From positions 24,731,821-24,795,820 of the forward strand of contig NC_092379.1 of the NCBI RefSeq assembly GCF_030028105.1: a DNA stretch of 64,000 bases, in the 5' to 3' direction. Positions 24,440-36,200 of the stretch are shown one piece after another. This DNA is from Mobula birostris (lineage: Eukaryota). Both the position numbers and the translations under genes were made by a program. A model generated the notes under the pieces. The model did no database searches and was not told the origin of the DNA. It was given only the letters and a program-made list of their open reading frames with translations. Every line of letters begins with the position of its first letter. Positions within the stretch are counted from its first letter, which is position 1.

Positions 24440-25814
24440 CTAAAGAAATTAAAAAGAGGGATCAGTATCATCGTTACTGTATCTGTCACCCATAGGAATA
24501 GGCGAAGGATGCACACCTGCTGGTTTCGTTAACATCGTCTCCAAAATGTTTTTAATTCCCTTACTATTTATTCCGCCGATTTGCTGTGGTGGAGAAATAA
24601 TTGGCAAACGCGGCAGGAGGAGAAATGAAATTAATACATTTAAATGCTCTTAAATGTGAAAATTCACGGGAGTTAATAAATAAAATATGTAATGTTTATG
24701 AAACAATCTCCCAGAACCGGCACCCAGAATTAGAAGGATCTACCTCTTCTATTTTGTAACATTCTATTTTTCTTTCGTTACTGCAAGGGAAAGACGAACA
24801 GGAAGAAAGATTGCTGCACTCTCTAGAATTAGGTTGCTCTTAGATTTAGCAGATTAAGAACCATGAAAAGGGAATGATTTTACATATTTGGGATGAGGAC
24901 CAGTGGGGCAAGTAGTACACGTTGTTTACTTTTATGCATCTCGGTGTAAATAATCCTAACCATTCGGTGCAACGCACCCCAATGCTGTAGGAATCCAGCA
25001 GGGCCAGGAAGCATCAATGGAAAAGAGTAAGCAGGCGATGCTTCGGTCAGAGTCAATTCAGCAGGATATTTATAAATGCTATCTGGCTTGCGGAGTTCCT
25101 CTAGACTTTCGCGTGTGTTGCTTTGGTTCCCAGCAACTGCAGGTTATTTCTTGACTCCCCGTTTGCTGCGCCAAGTCATCCTCCGTTTTACTTACAGTTC
25201 AGTCAGTTTTCATTTTATTTTTCCTTGATACTACTCGCTCTACTCTTACTGCATATGGTATACATGCTGTCGTCTTAAACTGTTCCCATGCAGTATGTCA
25301 GATGTCGCTTGCATTGCAGTTTACACGCGGGTATCGGGCTCATTCGTAACTGGGCGTCTCCGCTGACCATTTGTATCTATATTCCCTGCATTTATAGAGT
25401 TACTTTCTCGATCTTCCAACATGCAGTTTCTTTGGATGGGCTCCTTCACTTAGCACAGGACCTCCATGTGAATTTCTGTGATTCTTAATAGCGCTATATG
25501 CAGACCCAAGTTCGCCTCTACTTCTGCTGCCTCCAAACCTCTATTGCTAACGCAAACAGCTGCTCTGCTTATGTGAATGAACGTTTACCGCTCCTCCCGA
25601 AATCCATGGTTACAGAGATGCACTGCTTTTACAATAATTGTACTTTTCCTAAGACGAGGTCATGGGTTCCAATCTAAACGCATTATTCTTTCTCAAGCAC
25701 AACTTTATATCTTCTATCTCTGAAATCTAAATCAAACTTGATATCTTCAGCAAAACTGCCCTTGCAAAACTTTGAAGAAACGGCTTTATAAGTTTGGCCT
25801 GTTCAGATACTTAC

Positions 25815-25869
25815 CGACTGTGACGGTGACTCTGGACCCAGTTCCATCTAGATAACCAGTTTTGTAATA
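25815..25869 (-). CDS. NAR-TCR J segment, cassette B (intact)
   Basis: YYKTGYLDGTGSRVTVTV plus G|GTAAG phase-1 donor matching the supporting-V acceptor. Confidence 0.92.
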
Positions 25870-25908
25870 CACCGTGATCCGACTGTCAGTCTCAGTGTTA
25901 CAAATATC
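25870..25908 (-). other. 23-RSS of J (cassette B)
   Basis: Plus-strand CACCGTG, 23 nt, ACAAATATC. Confidence 0.9.
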
Positions 25909-26221
25909 TTATTCACCTCTGTGTAATTAGCAGCCGTCATTGGACAGTCTGCAGCAATTCCAGGCAAGAAAAGAACATGAAAAAAACAGCATCCAATATT
26001 CCACAAACCCGCGTGAAGTTATCTTTGAAAAAGAAAACTCTGTAAACTGGAGACTTCATATTTTCCGAATGTCGGTTCCATAAACTGCAGCAAATGTCCA
26101 AGAAAAATAAAATCCTCAAAGGAGCAAAGTATAATGGAATTCAGCAGATTACAGCGGGAAAGTAATCCGAAGTATGAATCTATTTCCCAACTCCAGAATA
26201 GAGACTTTACCGGTTCAAAAG

Positions 26222-26289
26222 TTTTTTTGTTCGATTGCCCTCCGTTGTGTGTCCGAATATCCACGGTGTTTCCAGTCAGGTTCAAATCG
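26222..26289 (-). other. NAR-TCR D segment (core 26250-26261, GATATTCGGACA) with 12/12 RSS, cassette B
   Basis: 3' RSS CACAACG-12-ACAAAAAAA; 5' heptamer CACGGTG (26262-26268), 12 nt, TTCAAATCG. Confidence 0.87.
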
Positions 26290-26601
26290 CAGAAAAGTAC
26301 TAGGCCGGAGATTAAGGCTTCCCATTTCCATTCGAGCTTCCATGCTATTGGAGCAAGGTCCCATCTGAAGTAAGGGATTGGGAAGGGGGGAAATTGTTCT
26401 CAGTTGCTGTTTGCTAGCCAGTTATTGGGAAAGATGGTTTTATACATGTAAATTCAGAAGAGATAAGATCTACATTATCAATACTGAACTCCGAGTCTCA
26501 TTACAAATTATACTGTATGGAACGCGGGCGAAGTGCCTCGTGGAATTTTTAGCAGATTAACTCTGCTCCTTAAGCTTTAGGTGGGATAATTCACAACGCT
26601 T

Positions 26602-26641
26602 TTTTTTTGTGTATGGCGGGAATCCCTTTTCCAGCTCTGTG
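26602..26641 (-). other. 23(24)-RSS of VNAR-like V (cassette B)
   Basis: CACAGAG, then 24 nt to ACAAAAAAA (or 23 nt to CACAAAAAA). Confidence 0.85.
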
Positions 26642-26929
26642 TATATTTATATTTAACTTTACAGAAATAGGTGGCGCTGTCCTTAACTACAAGATTCGTA
26701 ATTTTCAGGGTAATTGTCATTTCTGCTTGATTTTCCGTTATAGTAAATCTTCCTCCTGTGTTGATACGTTTCCAGTCCGTTTCTTGCTGCGTTTGTTTGA
26801 AGAAATACCCATTTAAAAAATAAGTGTATGCCTGCTTATTAGTATCGAACTTGCATGTGATGGTGAGAGCCTGGCATTCATTTTTCGTCACCTCTTTCGG
26901 GCTCTGGCTCACGGACTGGCAGAAGAAGT
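26642..26929 (-). CDS. VNAR-like NAR-TCR V exon, cassette B (open)
   Basis: TTTTGCAG acceptor; (H)FFC|QSVSQSPKEVTKNECQALTITC...GYFFKQTQQETDWKRINTGGRF...DSATYFCKVKYKY; about 63% aa identity to copy A by manual count (58/92). Confidence 0.92.
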
Positions 26930-27077
26930 CTGCAAAATAAGAATATTGAGAAGCGAAGCAGAATTAGATGTGAAACACGCAAGCCGGCCAATACAATGAG
27001 TTCATGCAATTCTGAAGCTATTTGTTAAGTTTTATATTTAACTCACACGTTGCGGAAAATGTGTGATAAGTACTCAC

Positions 27078-27120
27078 GGCGAAAGCAGAGAAACAGCGTG
27101 GCATTCAAGAGAAAGTTCAT
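27078..27120 (-). CDS. Leader exon of NAR-TCR V, cassette B
   Basis: MNFLLNATLFLCFR+C|GTGAGT, 148-nt intron; spliced signal peptide MNFLLNATLFLCFRHFFC. Confidence 0.9.
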
Positions 27121-29221
27121 CGTTTGCCCTCCGGGTAACAGAGTGTTTACATGACGGAGAGCTAGAATGCTGTGGCAGGTTATTCTTCAGAACTGGGCAG
27201 AGGCAGCTCCTCCGGATGCTGTTCTAGAGTTATGCAGTTGCAGCGCTCTTTCCGAATCACCTTTTGTGCGAGAACACGTCAGGTTTAAAGAGCAATCGCT
27301 GAGATTTTATTTCCACTGAAGTTGTTTGCAAGCTCCTCCCTTACTGTCTTAACACCAATGGGGGTAATGCCGCGGCCTTTGAATAAATACGAAAAACATG
27401 GGGGAGCTGTGAAAAGGAAATGAAATATTTTACAGTTCCAGGGTGAAAAGAAATCTCGTCAAGATAAACGTGAATGACACTAGGTTTGTCAAGATATCAG
27501 CAGATAGCCTCCAGATGTCTCCAGCGATGGGGTCAAAGAGATTGAGAAAGGCGAGCAACGTGTCAGAAATGCAGCAAGTAATTTGTTGGCCGCTGTGGAA
27601 GATGGAGGCAAAGTTGATGGATTTGACGATATCAGCAAGAGTACACCAGTGTAGTCGTCCATGAAGCATAGAAAGACTTGGTGGACGTTCGACCGTTACC
27701 AGTGTAGGCTAGGGTCATGGACAGTTTTACGGTGGTGACGAGAATAGAGGAAGAGCAGTGAAAAGGGGTGGGAGGAGGATGCGGGTTCACATGGCTTCAG
27801 TGGGTTTGTAGACTTAGGAGGAGTCGAAAGCAAAAAAACTGGTATATGTGAAAAACAGCTCCTTAATGTTTTTCGGTTTTTCTGTTCCGTATTTGAGATA
27901 TAATCTATGCGATAAACAAAGATTGCAGTCTGTCTAATGTCGGCAAAATGTTTTGTCCATAAATACAGCAACACCTATTGCATTATCAACAAAGCCAACT
28001 GTCAGTAAACTCACACAGCTGTGCCAACTATGACAAGCAGTTTAACCAATGTACCTCTGTACTGGTTGGAATATATTGTCGGTCCTCCTTAATTACAAAT
28101 ATTGCTCATGGACTGTGCGACAAGGTATATAGCAGTCTTTATTTATTCAGTGTGTTTAGATAGTGCAGATTAAAAATGAGTGTGCGGATGAACTTCCATT
28201 TATATATCAAGAAATATTCAAGGAAGTCACGCGGAGTAGCGAAATGAAGCGAAACAGCCTCTCGTATTTTTTCTCTGATATTCTTATCCTATTCTCACAA
28301 TATCACTCTCACTTTCACTATCAATCACCCTATCATTCTCCGTTCACGATAAGCCACTGCCGTGTTTTCAGCCATGGAAGCGGAATGAGTAACTATTCTC
28401 TTGAAGGCTGGAACAGGAACACACCGCGAGACAGAAACTGTCGGGAGTATTTTTGTGATATCGATTGTAATCTTTTTGTGACGCCATCATTTCCTAATAC
28501 AGTATATAAAGTCATTTCACAAGCTTGTTGGACAGTGTTTCATTCCCGTTCATCGCGCTACAAGATCCTTACCGGGTCCTAATGCAGAACAAGTTATTCA
28601 ACGATTTTCTAATCTTATTTTTTTGAAAGATTAACAAATAAGCGATGGAGCAAATGGCATTTGCATATTATGTGTGTCTGTGAGTAGGTGTGCATGCATC
28701 TGTGTATGTGTTTATATGTATGTACAGCAGACTCTGGATGCTCGCTTTCAATAATATGTACAGACATTACGGAAACACTGACATGTTAAAACAATTCTTA
28801 CGGCTGAAAGAAAGTGCACTCAATGAGATTCGGAAGCAGGTTCGCTTTCTTCTCAATTATCCCAATAGTTTCCAGATGTGGCTCGTATTTTTAACTGCTT
28901 CAGAGGCAAAGGTAGAATAAAGATTTCATAGAATACACGATATTTAAGTTTGATAACACAGTAAGACCTTAAGACATAGGAACATGCTTCTACGACATTA
29001 AATCATGGCTGATTTTTTTTTTCTTCTTTTTTGCTTGCTCTGAACCTCATTTCCCGACCTTCGCCACGGAACCTTCCATTTAACGTCTAATCAAGAACCT
29101 ATCAATGTCTGCATTGAGTGCAACATGCGACGTGCCTGTGCAGCTGCATATGGAAACACCTTCCACAAATGTGCGCAGCCCTGCGGTGAATAAATTATAT
29201 CGTATCCGTTAAATAGGGGCC

Positions 29222-29762
29222 TTGGACAATTCTGATTTGATGGAGGCAGACGTGAAAGCACAGAGAAATTTGGAGATCTCGTTCGCTGCTGTCGTTACTG
29301 CGCGGTCGGGAATCTTCCAGAGGAAAGGTCTCAAAATCTCTGGTTTTGCCTGATATTGGCGACGGAGAGTGGGGTCAAATTGTTCGGGCAGAGATGGCGC
29401 ACGGTACTTGGTGTCCGAGAGCTGATTCGGAGGCTCGAAGTTTTCGGATGACTCAGAGACGGTTTGTAGTCGGGCATGGTAGGGAGAGTTTTTCTTCCTT
29501 CCCCCGGCTGCGTAGGACGTGGGGCAATTGAGAGACTTTTAACTTTTTACTGTGCTTATGGACTTCTTCATTAAGTAATGGTATTGTTGCACTGCTGTAA
29601 CTATATGTTATAATTATGTGGTTTTGTCAGTTTTTTAAGTCTTGGTCTGTCCTGTGTTTTGTGATATTACACCGGAGGAAATATTGTATCATTTCTTAAT
29701 GCATGCATTACTAAATTACAATAAAAGAGGACTGCGTGTCTTCATAATCTGAAAAAAAAAAA
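29222..29762 (+). mobile_element. Non-autonomous retroposon (SINE-like); same family as 50665-51345
   Basis: Matches the reverse complement of 50665-51274; splits the CR1 at 28970-30000; A-rich end. Confidence 0.65.
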
Positions 29763-30014
29763 CACCCTCAACGGACTGATATTTCTCGGAATCTCTGTTT
29801 TGAATGGACACCCCTCTATCCTGAGGCTATGCCCCCTTGTCCGAGATTCTCCCAGCATGGGAAATAACTTTTCCACATCTACTCTGCGTAGGGCTTTCAA
29901 TATTAAAATAAAACGTTTACATAAGATATCACCTCATTTCTCTAAATTCCAGCGAGTACACAAACAGAGCCATCAAACAATCCTCGTGTGATAAGCCTTT
30001 CGTTCCTGGAATCT

Positions 30015-30205
30015 ACAGGCCACCCATGTTGTCGAAAGGAAGGGGAGTAGGCCCGGTTTAGCTTAGCACCGGTGTCGTCGCAGAGCAATGTGTGATGAAG
30101 TGCCTTGCTCAAGGACACAACACGCTGCCTCAGGTGAGGGTCGGGCTAGAGACTTTCTGATCACTAGACCGACACCTTAAACCATTGGCCACGTACCAAC
30201 ACAAT
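30015..30205 (-). mobile_element. tRNA-derived SINE
   Basis: A-box-like TGGCCAATGG head and GTGTCCTTGAGCAAGGCACTT core common in fish SINEs. Confidence 0.6.
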
Positions 30206-30751
30206 TTTGAAAGGACGCTTGTTGTCCCTATTGTAATCAGTAGACCATCGCCCACCCATTGTTCTGACGCCTGTGTATAACTGCGATCAGCGTTCCTTTT
30301 TGTCTTGTAGCTTCTGATCTCCACCCACAAGGATTTAACATATTCCTGTTATATGTCACAAATGTATACTGATTGTATTGATATATTCTATCCGTTTCTC
30401 TTCCATGCTTTCTGAACTATAAAGTGTAAATTAAACAGATTTTTTTTTTCTGTAAAGCTGGTGTAATTTCCGCTGCATACGTCAACTTGACCTGCGACGG
30501 ATTTTTTTTTTTTTTTTTTTAATCAGCTTAATACCGTGGCCGTCCCACCCAGCTTTCGAATTTGTTGTTCTCTCTGCCTTTGTCTTTGGAAAATTGCAGT
30601 AGCAGATGTATATATTGTAATTGTTGAATCCACGATATTAGAGCCTGTGTTTCGACTGAGGGTTTCGCGGTCTACACAGGTATTAACATAGGGGTGATCG
30701 CGTGGAATCGCTGAGTTACAGGCACTGAGAATATTCTCCCACTCCTCTTGT

Positions 30752-32285
30752 TTCATAGAACCATAGAACACCACAGAACATAAAACAGTTCATGCGGCCC
30801 TTCTAGTCTGTGCTGAAACATTATTCCGTCGGTCCCATGACCTGCATCCAGTCCACAACCCTCCAGACTTTTCCCATCCATGTAGCTATCGAATATATTC
30901 TTCAAACGTAAGAGCGAGCCCGCATTTACCACGTCAGATGGCAGCTCGTTCCACACTCCTATCACTTCTCCCGAACGTCCCCCTCAACCTTTCCCCTTTC
31001 ACCCTAAACACATGTCCTCTCGTATTTATCCATCCTAATCTAAATTGAAAGAGTCTTTTCACATTTACTCTGTCTATACCCCTCATAATTTTGTAAACCT
31101 CTATCAAATCTTCCCTCATTCTTCTGCACTCCAAAGAATAAAGCCCTAACCAGTTCAGTCTTTCCCTTAAACTCAACTCCTGAAGACCATGCTACCTTCT
31201 AGTAAATCTTCTCTGCATATTTCAATCTTACGGATATCTTTCCTATAATTAGGTGACCAGAACTGTACACAATACTCCAAATTTGGCCCCACCAACGCCT
31301 TACACAACCTCCCCACAACGTCCCAACTCATATATTCAATGCTTTTATTTATGAATGCCAGGATGCTAAAGGCCTTCTTTACAACCCTGTCTACCTGTAA
31401 CCCCACTGTCAGGGAATTATGTATCTGAACTTCCAGATCTCTGTATTCCTCCGCACTACTCAGTGCTCTACCATTTAATGTGTATGTCCTACCTTGATTT
31501 GTCCTTCCAAAATGTAACACCTCACAATTGTCTGCATTAAATTCCATCTGCCACTTTCTGGCCCACCCCTGCAGTTTGTCAAGATCAATCTGCAAGCTTT
31601 GAAAGCCTTCCTCGCTGTCCACAACGTCTCCAATCTTAGTGTCATCAGCAAACTTGCTGGTCAAATTTACCACTTTATTATCTAGATCATTGATATAGAC
31701 AATAAACAACAATGGTCCCCGCACAGATGCTTGAGGCACAGCACTAGTCACAGGCCTCCAGTCTGATACGCAATCATCCACTGCACCTCTCTTCATCCAC
31801 AGCATTTACTTCGTCCACTTTCTTGGAAACCTCCTTGAAAAACTCTACCAGATTCCTGAAACACGATCTACCACGCTCAAAGCCATGCCTATTATTCTTA
31901 AATAGCCCATGACTGTCCGATCTCTCAGAAGATCTTCCAATAATGTACCTACTACTTATGTCAGGCTCACCAGCCTGTAATTACCGGGTTTAACTTTGGG
32001 ACCTTTGTTAAACAACGGAACAACATGAGCTACCCTCCAATACTGCAGCACCATACCCGTGGCTAAGTACATTTAAAATATTTCTGCCAGGGCCCCTGCA
32101 ATTTCATCAGTAGTTTTTCTCAAGGTCTGAGAAAATATCACATCAGGCCCGGAGGATTTATCTACCTTTATTCGCTGTAAGGCGGAAGCGACTCCTCCTC
32201 TTTATTCTCTGTATGCTCCATGACACTCTGCTTGTTTCCCTCCCTTCCAGATGTGCTTTGTCAGTTTCCTGAGTAAATACTGATG
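30752..32285 (-). mobile_element. 5'-truncated CR1 LINE (RT region)
   Basis: ORFs 31173..31805 (PQASVRGPLLF..SKFADDTKIG), 30934..31176 and 30753..30965; short-repeat tail at about 30755. Confidence 0.88.
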
Positions 32286-33289
32286 TCACTTCTGCTGAGG
32301 AATACGTGCCGTTAAGCAGACTATCTTCATGAATTAAGCAAGCCTGATAGCTGCTGGTGCAATGGCGTGGTTTCGGGATGCAGGTCCTTGAGAATGTGAT
32401 ATCGATGGTGAAAAAGTCCTCGTTTTACCACAAATATCAACCTTGAAGATACAGTGGAACACTCCGAACCTAAAATGTTGTTTTTTTTTTTTTGAAGTGT
32501 GACATAATATCTCGCTACACTACCACGTTGAAAGCTAACACTACGAACCCCATTGATTTCTGGTGGATACAGAGCCACTTGTACACCTTACAGTATTTGA
32601 GTCGCGCTTTTGGAAAGAGCATAATCAGAGAGAAGAAAGTCAACGATCCACTCTCTGCTATATTTTGTACAACTGGTTTGAGCGCTGATGACGATTCGCA
32701 CCACTGTGATTTATGGCTTCCTGCTGCCTCTCAATACAATGGAATCCGCACTCGTGGAATGTGCACGGTTATGTACGTGGAGCGAAATCGCGGAAGATAC
32801 CGGGTTATTTTCGACATGTAATGCTTCTTTCAATTTGTCAAAAATGCATCATGCAGCGTGTATTCTTTTCCGTCTGTACTGGCACATTCAAAAATAACTT
32901 TCCATAGGAAGGATTTATCTCCTCATTTATAGTATCAATTATTATTTAATATGAAAGTCGTTTCTACCTAAGCATCTCCTTAAAATTCGTCACTAAGCTC
33001 CAGATCCTGGATATCCATACATCTCTGTGCAAACTGTCGATTTCCTCACTTGCAGACTGCAGCCGGTGCGGATTTGCACTAAATCTCTTTTACACTCACT
33101 ATCACCAGCAGTACACCACAAGTCTGTACGCTTGGCTTGTTGCTTTACCAACTAGTTCCCCGAAATCGTTGCGTGGCTAAGAGTTTCAAGAATGCCGTTA
33201 TTTACGACAACTGATGAAGCTACTTAGGTTTGTAAAACTAAACCTTATAACGAATCAGCATATAAAAAGCAGTTGAAATTTGGTTGAAC

Positions 33290-36200
33290 GGCAGGACTTC
33301 CGGGTCATCAAGGGAATGGTGGCGTAAGGAAAAGGTCTCTCGACAAAAAAGAAGGTAAACTGCCCCATAATCGAATTTAGACAAATACTTAATATTGCAT
33401 AGCTATATTAATAAAAGGGGCAAAGATGATGTCTAAGAACAAGATTAAAAAGTCCGCTCCGAAGGCTGATAAACATAAAGAGACGCAGCAAGGCGACGGG
33501 CCTAGCTCCCCCACGGCAAGCCAGGACGGAGACAATGAGGGGGAATCGGTGACTCTGTCCTTGATTCTCGGAGAGATTCGCGAGTTCCGACAAGATAACA
33601 GCAAACAGCTGGAAGATATTAAAGGAGAAATAGTAAAAACTAACTCGCGGATAGATGAAGCCGAAGCGAGGATTGTTGGAATTGAAGAGAAGCTACAAAA
33701 CGCAGAAGAGGTGATAGCAGAAATGCTGAAGCTGCAAGACCAGCTCCAGTGGAAACTAATAGATCAAGAAGGCCGCTCGAAAAGGGAAAATGTGAGGATT
33801 TACGGAGTTCCCGAAGGAACTGAAGGTAGACCCGGATTGATGATATCCTTTCGTGGAGAAGCTACTTAGAGAGAACCTTGATATACCGGCAGCAAAAGAC
33901 CTACAGATAGAAAGCGCTCACCGCGCGTTGGCACCACAGCCTCCAGCAGGCGCCCAGCCCAGATCGATTCTGGTCAGATTTCTCAGTTACAGAACGAAGG
34001 AAGAGGTGCTTAAAAGGGCATGACAAAAGAAAGGTTTCATGTGGAACAACTGTAAAATCAGTTGAGACCACGACTACGCACCGGGGATTCTTGCCAGACG
34101 GAAGGAATATACGAAAACACGGAGAGTCCTGAAGGAAAACAACATCAGATTCCAGACCCTGTATCCAGCTCGGCTGAGAGTCGTTTACGACGAAGGGACA
34201 AAAACTTACGCTACGTTGGAGGAGGCAACATTGTACCTGGCGGACCGGGGACTACCTATTAAAGTTATCACCCAACCGGAGTCGCTACTGGAGAGGATTC
34301 AGCAGAAGTCGTGGCAGTTAGTGGGGCCAGGAAGCTCCACTCGAACCAGAGTGTCAAACTACAAGGAAAAGCTGCAAATATTCAGACGCGAATGTACAGA
34401 GAACACAGATTAATTAAGAGAAATGACTGAAAAGAGTAAATCGGACTTAAAGATAAAATGAAAACTGGTAACTGAAAATAAACTAGACGGAATAACTTGA
34501 ATGATAGCAATATGGTCGAGACACAAATAGGACAAAATTCTCTATGACTATTCAAACTGCTGAGGGCCCTCTAACACAGGGTGAAGGTAGAGGTTATCCC
34601 TCTGAACTGAGGCAGGTCGGTGCTCAGGCCTCACTGTGGGAAGTCGGGAAAATTTTTCAAATGTTGCACGTTCAAAAATGTCTAGGGTGTGGTTATATGT
34701 CTTGGTTTACTGTTGAGAAGGGATTGCTTACTGTTTGGTTAGAAAAGGAGAGTGTTTTTTTTTTCTACTAGAGAAAAATGCAAACTGAATTGGTAAAAAT
34801 AATTTCCTATAATGTTAATGGGGTTTTGAATCCAATTAAAAGAAATTAGATTATGTCTAAATTGACAAAAGAGAGGGCACAAATAGCTTTCCTCCAGGAA
34901 ACACATATGAGCCAATCTGAACATGGAAAAATAAAAAGAATGGGCTTTAAGCATGTATTTTATTCATCATATAAATTGAATCACAGAAGAGGGGTAGCTA
35001 CTTTAATATCAAGTACTCTTAATTATGAACACATTTCAGAGACAAGAGACACAGAAGGACGGTTCGTAAAAATCACAGGAAGAATAGAAGGTACAGAAAT
35101 AACATTGCTGAATGTTTATGCTCCTCCAGGTTGTGAATGGTCATTTTATAGACACATTTTTGACCTAATGGTCAGTTCTCAAGGGGTAGTAATTTGTGGA
35201 GGGGATTTTAATATTAGATTAAATCCTATATTAGATTCTTCAAGAATAGATACTCAGAATAAACCTCTGACTCGGGGAAAGTGAATTCATTGATGGAGGA
35301 GTTGGGAATTATAGATGTCTGGAGGGAATTACACCCTACTAGTGAAGATTATACATATTACTGTTTCCCTCATTCAGCCTATTCAAGGATAGACTATTTT
35401 TTTTATATTTAATACAGATAGACTCAGGATAAAAAAAAAAAAAAAAAAAAAAAAAAATGTAATATTGCAACAATTGATCTGTCGGATCATATCCCAGTCT
35501 CTATGTCTCTAATCCTGGAAAGGAAAATGAGGAAAACACTATGGAGGCTAAACTCACATATACTCAATAACCCGAAAGTAATGGAGAGATTAAGGGGAGA
35601 AATCAAAGAATATCTAGACCTTAATGACACGGGAGGAATATCACCAGTATATGGGATACATTGAAAGCTGTACTGAGAGGGAAAATTATTTCCATTACCA
35701 CTCACATAAAAAAAAATCAATGCACAAAAATTAGCAGACCTTCAAGGAAAATTAAAACAACTTCAAGTTGTAGATAGCAACAAAAGTAATTCAAATCGAA
35801 AACAGGAAATTAGGAAATTGCAAAGTGAAATTGACGATATTTATACGTTGGAAACTCAAAGAAATTTCCTTTACCTGAGACAAAAGAATTATGATGTAGG
35901 AGGTAAATCAGCTAGATTATTAGCATATAAATTACGAAAACAACAAGCAGACAATACAATTCATAAAATAAAGAATCCAAAGACAAAGCTTTGGAGAATA
36001 CAATAGGGAAAATTCAAGAGAGTTTTGAAACATATTATCGAGAGCTGTACTCCCAACCCTGGGCCCCCAATGAGCCTTATATAGACAGTGTATTGAATTT
36101 TTTAGATCTACCTAAACTTACAGATTTACAAAATGAAAGTTTATTAGAACCAGTAACTGTCAAAGAACTGAACGTGGCCATCTCTAGGTTAAAGGCTGGA

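Noticed and set aside
4046-27120. Interpretation as ordinary IgNAR (secreted heavy-chain antibody) clusters
   Set aside because: There is only one D per unit, no C1 constant exons follow J, and J splices in phase into a leaderless V with its own RSS
28163-28582. 139-aa plus-strand ORF with C..SNYS..W.R and EYFC, superficially V-like
   Set aside because: W to C spacing is far too short, the paralog at about 8240-8600 has stops, and there is no RSS
30015-30205. Possible tRNA gene
   Set aside because: Only an A-box-like head with a degenerate B box, attached to a SINE core; no cloverleaf
32492-32821. 109-aa ORF with NPIDFWW (hAT dimerisation-like) and CACTGTG at 32702-32708
   Set aside because: No further hAT motifs; no nonamer at 12 or 23 nt and no J motif next to the heptamer
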